From assembly GCA_000008085.1 (NCBI GenBank), contig AE017199.1, forward strand, positions 180,001-212,000: DNA of 32,000 nt, in the 5' to 3' direction. This document shows, piece after piece, positions 25,467 to 32,000 of the stretch. The position numbers and the translations under genes were made by a program. The DNA is from Nanoarchaeum equitans Kin4-M. GTDB lineage: Archaea > Nanobdellota > Nanobdellia > Nanobdellales > Nanoarchaeaceae. The notes beneath the pieces were generated by a model. It ran no database searches. It worked only from the letters and a program-made list of their open reading frames with translations, and had not been told where the DNA came from. Position 1 is the stretch's first letter; each line of letters begins with the position of its first letter.

Positions 25467-25480
25467 AAAATTTTAAAAAA
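25467..25480. promoter_or_regulatory. Single shared palindromic TATA element between ileS and spt4
   Basis: AAAATTTTAAAAAA. The perfect palindrome TTTTAAAA (25471-25478) is 20 nt from the ileS ATG (25450) and 19 nt from the spt4 ATG (25498). Confidence 0.5.
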
Positions 25481-25497
25481 TATGTTCTATACGAAAG

Positions 25498-25695
25498 ATG
25501 CCCAAGCCAAAGAGGAAGGTATGTCTAAAATGTAAAGCCATACTCCCCATGGATGTTGAGAAATGCCCTTACTGTGGGGGCACAGAGTTTACAACAGAAT
25601 TCGAAGGGATAATAATTATAGTAAATAAAGAGAAAAGCGAAGTAGCTAAAGTGGCTGGTATTGATAAAGAAGGCAAATTCGCCATTAAAATATAA
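25498..25695 (+). CDS. spt4: Transcription elongation factor Spt4 (RpoE'')
   Basis: VCLKCKAILPMDVEKCPYCGGTEFTTEFEGIIIIVNKEKSEVAKVAGIDKEGKFAIKI (zinc ribbon + NGN-binding part). Confidence 0.85.
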   Translation: MPKPKRKVCLKCKAILPMDVEKCPYCGGTEFTTEFEGIIIIVNKEKSEVAKVAGIDKEGKFAIKI

Positions 25696-26219
25696 TGGAT
25701 CCAAAGAAAATATCTGTTTTGGAAAAACATGGTTTCAATGTGCCGAAAAGGGTTATTGGAAAAAAAGCCCCATTCAAAGAATGCTCAGCAAGGGTTTTTG
25801 GAGAGATAGATTTTGAAAAGCTAAAAAATTACAAATACAAAATTTCTAACCATAAACCTTACTTTGTTTATTACCTAAAACCTTGTAATTTGGATTTCGC
25901 AGATGGTTATGTAGAAATATACGATGTAACAAATAAAGATGTTATTGCCTCTTTAATTATAGATTATAAGAACAAATATTTTGAAGGGGAAAACCAAGGC
26001 TATATAAGAAGGATTACTAGAGAAGGAATAAAAGAGTTTTATGGACATTTCAAAAATTATTTAGAGATTAATGGTTTTATTAAAAGCGATTTAGTTTATA
26101 GAGTAATAAAAGAGTTAATAAAGAAAAACATAGATGGGATCGTTGAAATTACTATACATAGACATAAGCATGGAGTGTTTAGAAAAAACTATATTGCTTG
26201 GGAGTTTATACCACAATAG
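25695..26219 (+). CDS. Hypothetical protein, translationally coupled to spt4
   Basis: 174-aa ORF whose ATG shares a base with the spt4 stop (TAATG). No motif recognised. Confidence 0.45.
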   Translation: MDPKKISVLEKHGFNVPKRVIGKKAPFKECSARVFGEIDFEKLKNYKYKISNHKPYFVYYLKPCNLDFADGYVEIYDVTNKDVIASLIIDYKNKYFEGENQGYIRRITREGIKEFYGHFKNYLEINGFIKSDLVYRVIKELIKKNIDGIVEITIHRHKHGVFRKNYIAWEFIPQ

Positions 26220-27111
26220 TTATAGCGTTCTTAAACTTTATTGGATAGTTTTTCGATGTAATAATTATTTTTAAGTCAGCTTTTTCCTTTAAAAAGCAGT
26301 CCCATTTCATTTTATAAGACAAAGGTTTCGCTTTGATTAAACCAAACTTAATTTGATACAATATTGGAATATTATATTTGGGCTTAGCTTTGTAATCATT
26401 AATAATTGGATCGCCCTTCCTACATTCTTTAGAGTTTACCGAATAAACTATTATTTTGTGTCCCCTAAAATAGTTTTTTAGAAATGCCAAAACATCCAAT
26501 ATGTATTCCCAGTATTCTATATTTATTACAGAGCTTACTACTGCTATAACTATTTTAGCATGTCCTTCCATATGGAATATATTAGCATAAAGTTTTCCTT
26601 TCATTGATTTTTTCCAATTTATATAACGGGCAGGCCCATATTTATATTCTTCTATTCCATAAAATTCTAATCCCTCTTTGGCTTTAACTTTCATAATAGT
26701 ATTGCCCTTTAATATAGAGGCTTTTAGCAATTTTATGGGATATCTCTTTTTTCTTAAAGGTAATACAAAAAACCTTACAGGGCTTTCGTTAATAAAAAAC
26801 AAAGGGTTTATTTTATAGCCATATATCGTTGGGTTTCCTTCGTAAGGAGTTTTTATTATTTTTTCCTCAAATGGATATAAACTTACTAATATATTTTCGA
26901 TATGCCCATTTTTTGTTAAAAACTCTATCGAAACAACTATAGGCAAAAAGCTGTTTTTTATTTTAATAGTTAGTTTATCCCCTCTTAAAAATTTTATCTT
27001 AATTAGCTTAGTATATAAAATAAGCAATAAATACAATGGCAACAAAAATAAAATTATTGATTTATGCAAATAGTATTCTATTAAAGATGCGATGAAAAAT
27101 TGTAACATCAT
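26206..27111 (-). CDS. DUF58-family protein (MoxR-associated, N-terminal TM)
   Basis: GLEFYGIEEYKYGPARYINWKKSMKGKLYANIF matches the DUF58 core (G.eF...ReY..GD....I.Wkasar). It has an N-terminal TM pair and a 4-nt overlap with the moxR stop. Confidence 0.7.
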   Translation of the reverse strand: MMLQFFIASLIEYYLHKSIILFLLPLYLLLILYTKLIKIKFLRGDKLTIKIKNSFLPIVVSIEFLTKNGHIENILVSLYPFEEKIIKTPYEGNPTIYGYKINPLFFINESPVRFFVLPLRKKRYPIKLLKASILKGNTIMKVKAKEGLEFYGIEEYKYGPARYINWKKSMKGKLYANIFHMEGHAKIVIAVVSSVINIEYWEYILDVLAFLKNYFRGHKIIVYSVNSKECRKGDPIINDYKAKPKYNIPILYQIKFGLIKAKPLSYKMKWDCFLKEKADLKIIITSKNYPIKFKNAITIVV

Positions 27112-28010
27112 AGTCTTTCTTCTGGAACTTTAGTATGCAATATTGCATCTTCAATTATTTCTTCGGGTTTAACTTCAAATTCTGGGTTTAGGAATATTCT
27201 ATGCCTAAAGCAATCCATAATTAGATATTTTATATCATCAGTAATAACATATTCCCTATTATTAAGAAAAGCCAAAGTTTTTGCCGCTTTTATTAGATAT
27301 ATAACCCCCCTAGGAGAAATACCAAAAGCTACAGCTTTATTGTTGTTTATTCTTTTAACCAAATCTAAAATATAGTCTATAACCCTTCTACTTACCCTAA
27401 CTTTAGAAATATTATTCTTTACAAATTCGATAAATTCTAAATTTATTACCGGTTTTATGTTGTCTAAAGAAAAATATGGATAATTCTCTATTATTGCACT
27501 ATAATCTTTTGGATAACCCATTTCTATTTTAAACATAAATCTATCTAATTGTGCTGCAGGTAATGGGTATACGCCTTCTTCTTCTATTGGATTTTGAGTA
27601 GCAATAACAAAAAATGGTTTAGGTAATTGAAATGTTTTCCCCTCTATTGTTATTTGTTTTTCCTGCATTGCTTCTAACAAAGCACTTTGCGTTTTTGGAG
27701 GAGCCCTATTTATTTCGTCAGCTAAAATAATATTAGCGAATATTGGACCTTTAATGAACTCTAATTGGTTATTCCTGTAAATAAAATAGCCAGTTATATC
27801 TGAAGGCAATAAATCCGGCACAAATTGGATTCTTTTGAATTGCAAATTTATAGCTTTAGCAAAAGCTTTTGCTAAAGTGGTTTTTGCTATTCCAGGAGGG
27901 CCTTCTAATAGAACATGGCCTTCATTTACTAAAGCGATAAACAATTTTATAACAACATCATCATAGCCTATTACAGCTTTGTTTATCTCTTTTATTAATG
28001 GGGCAAGCAT
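27108..28010 (-). CDS. moxR: MoxR-like AAA+ ATPase
   Basis: GHVLLEGPPGIAKTTLAKAFA (Walker A), RIQFVPDLLPSDITG, ILADEINRAPPKTQSALLEAMQE (Walker B/sensor) and ATQNPIEEEGVYPLPAAQLDRF. Confidence 0.92.
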   Translation of the reverse strand: MLAPLIKEINKAVIGYDDVVIKLFIALVNEGHVLLEGPPGIAKTTLAKAFAKAINLQFKRIQFVPDLLPSDITGYFIYRNNQLEFIKGPIFANIILADEINRAPPKTQSALLEAMQEKQITIEGKTFQLPKPFFVIATQNPIEEEGVYPLPAAQLDRFMFKIEMGYPKDYSAIIENYPYFSLDNIKPVINLEFIEFVKNNISKVRVSRRVIDYILDLVKRINNNKAVAFGISPRGVIYLIKAAKTLAFLNNREYVITDDIKYLIMDCFRHRIFLNPEFEVKPEEIIEDAILHTKVPEERL

Positions 28011-28018
28011 TTATAATT
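28011..28018 (+). promoter_or_regulatory. TATA-like box for nmd3
   Basis: TTATAATT, 20 nt upstream of the ATG at 28039. Confidence 0.4.
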
Positions 28019-28038
28019 CGTTATATCATTATTCAAAA

Positions 28039-28752
28039 ATGCGTTGTTTGCTATGTGGAAAAGAAACCGATAAAACTATAGAAGGTTTGTGCTTAGATTG
28101 CTATATAAAGAAAAATCCTCCTTTAATTAAAATTAGCCCTATAGTAGTTTGCAAATATTGTGGTAAAGTAAAAGTAGGTAAGGTGTGGAAAAAAATAGAT
28201 ATAAAAAAATTGGTAAAAGTTAAGCCCCCTTACAAATTAGAATCCATCGAAGATGGGATAGTTTTATCCTTAGAAGGAGAGCTGTTCAAATTCGATTATA
28301 ATGTGCCAATAAACTATGGAATATGTCCCCAATGTGCTAGACAACAATCCGAATACTATGAAACCATTTTACAATTAAGGGGGGAAAATGCCATTAAAGA
28401 AGCATTAAAAATTATTGGTCAAAGACAATACAGAATATCGAAATATGAAGAGAAAGAAGAAGGCTTAGATCTATATATGGTAAGTTATAGGGAAGCGGAA
28501 AAGCTAGTAAAAGAACTAAAACAAAAAATAAATGGAATAATTAAGAAAACCTTCAAATTACATACGAGAGACAAACAAACATCGAAAGATATTTATAGAT
28601 CGACCATATTGTTTAGGGAAGTTAAGCTAAAAGAAGGACAAACTTTAATCCACAATGGGAAAAAATACAAAGTTCTAAAAGTTAGTGACGATTATGTTAT
28701 TGTGAGACATGGTAATGAAATAGCGCGTATTCCATTAAAGAAATTAATATAA
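28039..28752 (+). CDS. nmd3: NMD3-family protein (archaeal large-subunit biogenesis factor homologue)
   Basis: MRCLLCGKETDKTIEGLCLDCY....VVCKYCGKVKVGKVW....ICPQCARQ (N-terminal Cys4 clusters of NMD3). I chose the start at 28039 because TTATAATT ends 20 nt upstream. The ORF-track start at 27979 would overlap moxR. Confidence 0.7.
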   Translation: MRCLLCGKETDKTIEGLCLDCYIKKNPPLIKISPIVVCKYCGKVKVGKVWKKIDIKKLVKVKPPYKLESIEDGIVLSLEGELFKFDYNVPINYGICPQCARQQSEYYETILQLRGENAIKEALKIIGQRQYRISKYEEKEEGLDLYMVSYREAEKLVKELKQKINGIIKKTFKLHTRDKQTSKDIYRSTILFREVKLKEGQTLIHNGKKYKVLKVSDDYVIVRHGNEIARIPLKKLI

Positions 28753-28773
28753 AAACATAGTTACTAATAAGTA

Positions 28774-28813
28774 AAAATACCCTCAAAGACTTTTAAAGAA
28801 AAAGGGGTATTTT
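28774..28813. repeat. 9-bp inverted repeat bracketing the surface-protein TATA box
   Basis: AAAATACCC (28774-28782) is the exact reverse complement of GGGTATTTT (28805-28813). The 22-nt spacer contains TTTTAAAG. Confidence 0.6.
28791..28798 (+). promoter_or_regulatory. TATA-like box for the surface-protein gene
   Basis: TTTTAAAG, 21 nt upstream of the ATG at 28820. Confidence 0.45.
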
Positions 28814-28819
28814 CTTAAT

Positions 28820-29830
28820 ATGAAAAAGATGTTCGTTCCATTAATGGCAGCAATGCCATTTCTAGCAATAGGTCTAGCAGCGAATCCTGTTTTGTTTAAA
28901 GCCAAAGAAGTAAAAGTAGAGCCCCATTGTGATTTTGTAGAAGAAACAAAAACTTATACAATAAATGGAGAGAAATATGAGGTAGACCATGTTTGCAAAA
29001 CAACAAACGAATATGTAACATTCACATCGGTATGGACTAACGAAGATAATTGTTATTTAGACGATACCCAAGGAGCAGTATGTCAAACAGAAAATCCAAC
29101 AGAAGTTAGATTATACGGTTTCGTATTTGTAACAAAAACAGATAATGGATTTAAATGTACAGATAAAACCGGAGGAAATGAAGCATATGGTAAAACAGTA
29201 AGTGAATGTATTGCCAATTACCTAAAAGGAAACAACAATGTAAATGTAGAGGTAAAAATAGAAAATGGAAACACTTTAGTAATTGAATATAAAGCTAATT
29301 ATGAAAACCCAGTAGAATTTGGTTACAAAGATTATTTCGTGAGATATAACCCTACAACAAAATTCGGTTATGTATTACCAGTTGTTAAAGTAGAAGGCAA
29401 TACCGTATATGTAGATCCATCTGAATTCCAAACCTCTAAAAATGCTGAAAGAATGAGAGCATTATTCGAAGATGTAGCAAATAGCCAAACAACAGTAACA
29501 CAAGAAGAAACAAAAGAAACAACAACAGAGACAACCGAAACTACAGAAACAGAAAAGAAAGAAGAAACTAAAGAAGAGGAAACCACAACAGAAGCTAAAC
29601 AAGGAGAAGCCACAGAAGAAACCAAAGAACAAGCCGAAAAGACAGGAGAAGAAAAAGAAACTGAAAAAGAAAAAATGGGAGAAAAAGAAACCAAAGAAAC
29701 TAAACAAGAACAAACCAAACAAGAAACCAAACAAGGATTCCCAACCACATACTTATTAGCAGCTGCAGTAGTAATTGCAGCAATAGCTGGAGCTGTTTAC
29801 TTCTTCAAGCAACAACAACAAGAGCAATAA
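28820..29830 (+). CDS. Secreted/surface protein: signal peptide, 6-Cys globular domain, Thr/Glu/Lys-rich stalk, C-terminal TM anchor
   Basis: MKKMFVPLMAAMPFLAIGLAA signal. Cys at 37, 59, 78, 88, 113 and 130. Low-complexity region aa 223-305 (TKETTTETTETTETEKKEETKEEETTTE...). Then GFPTTYLLAAAVVIAAIAGAVYFFKQQQQEQ. Confidence 0.6.
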   Translation: MKKMFVPLMAAMPFLAIGLAANPVLFKAKEVKVEPHCDFVEETKTYTINGEKYEVDHVCKTTNEYVTFTSVWTNEDNCYLDDTQGAVCQTENPTEVRLYGFVFVTKTDNGFKCTDKTGGNEAYGKTVSECIANYLKGNNNVNVEVKIENGNTLVIEYKANYENPVEFGYKDYFVRYNPTTKFGYVLPVVKVEGNTVYVDPSEFQTSKNAERMRALFEDVANSQTTVTQEETKETTTETTETTETEKKEETKEEETTTEAKQGEATEETKEQAEKTGEEKETEKEKMGEKETKETKQEQTKQETKQGFPTTYLLAAAVVIAAIAGAVYFFKQQQQEQ

Positions 29831-29834
29831 AATT

Positions 29835-30422
29835 TTGATTCTCTATTATTTAAAACTCTCTATAGTTATACCTTTACTTCTATTCCTAAACTATTTAATT
29901 TCTAAATTTATAGGACGATCCGTAAAATTAATAATAGATTATTTGCATATTGATGATTGGCTTAAAGCTAAAAATTTAGGCAATGCTTTGTATGGAATAA
30001 AAATTGATGAAATCGTACCATTTTTAACTAAGCTAATAGTATTTATTTTTCTATTGCAATATTTATCATGGGTTAAGATTAAAGAGTTGCAATTATTATT
30101 TATGCTTGTCTCCCTCTATGGAACAATAATATTTTCTTTGGGCCTAGTATTAATAGTTGGTCTAATTTTTGGAGAAATAATAAAGCAATTGATATTAAAA
30201 ACCAACATAGATATAAAAGAAAGGCTTGGAGAAAACATAAAACTATTTATTGCCTCTCTATTCGTTGTTTCTTCAATAAATATAATAAGCTATTTACTTG
30301 TTTTCACTCCATTTGAAATAGATACTAGTATTGTAAATTTGGTTTTCTTTATTCTAACTCTATTTTTGTTTGCGCCATTATTATTAAGAATAGCCGTAAA
30401 AACCTATTATGGTAGGTTATGA
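29835..30422 (+). CDS. Hypothetical integral membrane protein (TTG start)
   Basis: About 5 TM helices. There is no in-frame ATG before aa 89, so a TTG at 29835, 4 nt after the preceding stop, is the only start that keeps the N-terminal helices. There is a 14-nt overlap with the next gene. Confidence 0.45.
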   Translation: MILYYLKLSIVIPLLLFLNYLISKFIGRSVKLIIDYLHIDDWLKAKNLGNALYGIKIDEIVPFLTKLIVFIFLLQYLSWVKIKELQLLFMLVSLYGTIIFSLGLVLIVGLIFGEIIKQLILKTNIDIKERLGENIKLFIASLFVVSSINIISYLLVFTPFEIDTSIVNLVFFILTLFLFAPLLLRIAVKTYYGRL

Positions 30423-30936
30423 GCCTGCAGAAGACACATTTTTGTTATTAAAATGGGCCAAAAAATTTGCTAAAGGCAAAATATTAGAAATCGGAGTAGG
30501 AAGCGGTTACATATTAGAAAACCTATTAAAAAAGGGCTTCGATGCTTATGGAGTAGAAATAGACAAAGATGTTTTAAAATATTTAAAAGAAAAATTTAAA
30601 GACAGGGTTTGGTATAGCGATTTATTTAGCAATGTAAATGACAAATACGATCTAATAATTTTTAACCCGCCTTATTTACCAGAAGAAGGTTGGGAAGATG
30701 AAAAAACAAAACTATGGACCGTAGGAGGAAAAGAAGGCAACGAAATAATATTAAAATTTATAGAACAATTGCCATTCTATTTAAAGGAGGGGGGAAAAGC
30801 CATAATAATAGTAAGCTCTCTATCAAATCCAAATAAAGTGTTTGAAAAAATAAAAGAATTAGGAATGAAATACGAAATATTGGAGGAAATGTCATTGTTT
30901 TTTGAAAGGCTTTACGCTGTTCTTATTTATAAATAA
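30409..30936 (+). CDS. prmC: HemK/Mtq2-family N5-glutamine (release factor) methyltransferase
   Basis: YEPAEDTFLL, ILEIGVGSGYI (SAM motif I) and DLIIFNPPYLP (NPPY). Confidence 0.8.
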   Translation: MVGYEPAEDTFLLLKWAKKFAKGKILEIGVGSGYILENLLKKGFDAYGVEIDKDVLKYLKEKFKDRVWYSDLFSNVNDKYDLIIFNPPYLPEEGWEDEKTKLWTVGGKEGNEIILKFIEQLPFYLKEGGKAIIIVSSLSNPNKVFEKIKELGMKYEILEEMSLFFERLYAVLIYK

Positions 30937-30953
30937 TAGTTTTAGTATCAAAG

Positions 30954-32000
30954 ATGAAAAAGTTCTTTGTAACAGCAGCGTTCCCATATGTAAATGGTTA
31001 TTTACATTTGGGCCATCTAGTAACATACATAAAAGCAGAAATTACAGCAAGATACAAGAAAATGAGGGGTTATGATGTTTTATTCCCAATGGGCTTCCAT
31101 GCTACTGGTGCCCCAATATATGCTGCGGCATATAAAGTATCTATTGGGGATCCTAAACAAATAGAAACTTTAAAGAAAATGGGAATAAAAGACATAGAAA
31201 AATTCAAAGACCCAGCTTATTGGGTTGAGTATTTCTCTAAAGCAGCAAAAGAGGATTTATCTAAATTGGGCTTTATGATAGAATGGGAAAGATCTTTTAC
31301 CACAGTATTCAACAAACCATTCCATAAATTTGTTGAATGGCAATACCACAGGCTTAGAGAGAAAGGTTATATCTATAGAGGGGCACACCCAATTGTATGG
31401 GATCCAAAAGTTAATATGGTTATTGGCGACCACGATAGGCCCGATGATTATGCTGGAATAAGACCAATAGAAGGAGTAATAATTAAATTCTATTCAAAAG
31501 ACTTAGATGCGTATTTGCCAGCATTTACATTAAGACCAGAAACAGTTTTTGGAGTAGTAAACATATGGGTAAACCCAGAAACCGAATATGTATTAGCAAA
31601 GGTCAAAAAAGTATTTTATGTATACGAATTGTATAGTCTATACAAAAAATTTGGAAGGCTCCCATTAAATATAGAAAATAGGGACAAACTAGAAAAACTA
31701 ATTCAAGACTATAATAATCTATTAGATAGGCTAAAGCAATATGAAAAAGGTATAGATTTGATAGCCCACGCTGAAGAGATTGCCTATAAACCAAAAGAAG
31801 AATTTGTTAAAGAATTAAAAGAATTCGCTGAAAAAGAAGGCATTAAAATAGAAGAAAAAGATATAGAATTACTATATGAATATTACAATACAAAAGTAGA
31901 AACCCAAGAAGAAAAATGGATATTACCCAATACTATAGTAATAGAAGAGCTTAAAAACCAAGATTTTGAAATAGAAATAATAGGTAAAATAGATAAACTA
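30954..32000 (+). CDS. leuS: Leucyl-tRNA synthetase, N-terminal 349 codons (runs off the right edge)
   Basis: My own translation gives MKKFFVTAAFPYVNGYLHLGHLVTYIKAEITARYKKMRGYDVLFPMGFHATGAPI..., YIYRGAHPIVWDP and FTLRPETVFGVVNIWVNP. The frame is open to position 32000. Confidence 0.95.
   Translation, partial: MKKFFVTAAFPYVNGYLHLGHLVTYIKAEITARYKKMRGYDVLFPMGFHATGAPIYAAAYKVSIGDPKQIETLKKMGIKDIEKFKDPAYWVEYFSKAAKEDLSKLGFMIEWERSFTTVFNKPFHKFVEWQYHRLREKGYIYRGAHPIVWDPKVNMVIGDHDRPDDYAGIRPIEGVIIKFYSKDLDAYLPAFTLRPETVFGVVNIWVNPETEYVLAKVKKVFYVYELYSLYKKFGRLPLNIENRDKLEKLIQDYNNLLDRLKQYEKGIDLIAHAEEIAYKPKEEFVKELKEFAEKEGIKIEEKDIELLYEYYNTKVETQEEKWILPNTIVIEELKNQDFEIEIIGKIDKL

Noticed and set aside
27979-28038. Longer N-terminus (MFISFINGASIYNSLYHYSK) for the NMD3-like ORF
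   Set aside because: It would overlap the divergent moxR start by 32 nt and destroy the promoter geometry. The ATG at 28039 has TTATAATT 20 nt upstream, and the protein then begins right at the first Cys cluster.
29368-29748. Minus-strand ORFs 29368-29748 and 29462-29734 (poly-Phe/Cys/Ser)
   Set aside because: They are antisense translations of the Thr/Glu/Lys low-complexity stalk of the surface-protein gene.
29744-29806. Canonical PGF-CTERM archaeosortase signal in the surface protein
   Set aside because: The motif is GFP-TTY rather than PGF, and the tail is Gln-rich rather than basic. Only the general tripartite layout matches, so I report it as a resemblance only.
31603-31794. Minus-strand 63-aa ORF inside leuS. 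The other short antisense ORFs in the track fall in the same class (1305-1625, 1935-2129, 3300-3491, 7881-8210, 8515-8706, 9087-9305, 13880-14284, 14667-14921, 14981-15169, 15522-15713, 15821-16015, 16022-16237, 16240-16449, 17429-17725, 19688-19873, 20101-20313, 20427-20678, 20881-21063, 24303-24705).
   Set aside because: Each is fully embedded in or antisense to a gene with a strong family signature or better coding character. None has a TATA box at the 18-21-nt spacing.
8462-31913. Inteins as an explanation for the extra segments in ProRS, IleRS and LeuRS
   Set aside because: The inserts lack the Cys/Ser N-terminal and His-Asn-Cys/Ser/Thr C-terminal splice-junction residues and the endonuclease blocks. 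They are short helical or charged segments.
1-32000. Search for CRISPR arrays, tRNA genes, split tRNA halves, C/D-box sRNAs and mobile elements
   Set aside because: The longest non-coding gap is under 90 nt (163 nt if the ureohydrolase starts at M26), and all gaps are AT-rich. I found no GC-rich stem-forming segments outside CDSs, no repeat-spacer periodicity, no convincing RUGAUGA...CUGA pairs in spacers, and no transposase or integrase ORFs. Embedded sRNAs cannot be excluded by eye.

Overview
This window is AT-rich (25-33% GC on most of the 60-nt lines I spot-counted) and almost entirely coding. I call about 42 protein genes. I found no rRNA, tRNA, CRISPR array or mobile element.

The content is archaeal and dominated by information processing:
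- Five aminoacyl-tRNA synthetase genes: argS, proS, ileS, a 5' fragment of leuS, and a stand-alone C-terminal half of alaS.
- Scattered single ribosomal protein genes: P1, L22, L13, S27e, S14.
- Others: rpoK, spt4, aEF-1beta, proteasome beta, tRNA splicing endonuclease, Nob1, NMD3, Trm5, Dph2, an Lrp-type regulator, and a MoxR/DUF58 pair.

The split alaS, the 154-aa endA, the base composition and the extreme compaction fit a Nanoarchaeum equitans-like nanoarchaeote. That identification is from memory, not a database search.

Promoter architecture is unusually regular. A TATA-like box sits 18-21 nt upstream of nearly every first-in-unit ATG, which implies leaderless mRNAs. Six of the seven convergent gene pairs overlap at their 3' ends.

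Most interesting leads:
1. The proteolipid gene atpK is followed, with overlapping stops and starts, by a 90-aa coiled-coil ORF and a 224-aa helical ORF. The second carries three collinear subunit-C(d)-like motifs. These sit in the canonical atpK-E-C order, in a lineage reported to lack those subunits.
2. A 711-aa protein keeps all nine endonuclease-IV metal-ligand positions, but the barrel is split by about 260-aa and about 70-aa coiled-coil insertions.
3. A GC-elevated gene encodes a signal peptide, an ectodomain and six TM helices. It lies next to a small protein that is an internal duplication.
4. A Cys-rich surface protein carries a Thr/Glu/Lys stalk and a C-terminal anchor.
5. A HIT protein has lost two of its three triad histidines and is translationally coupled to the alaS C-terminal half.
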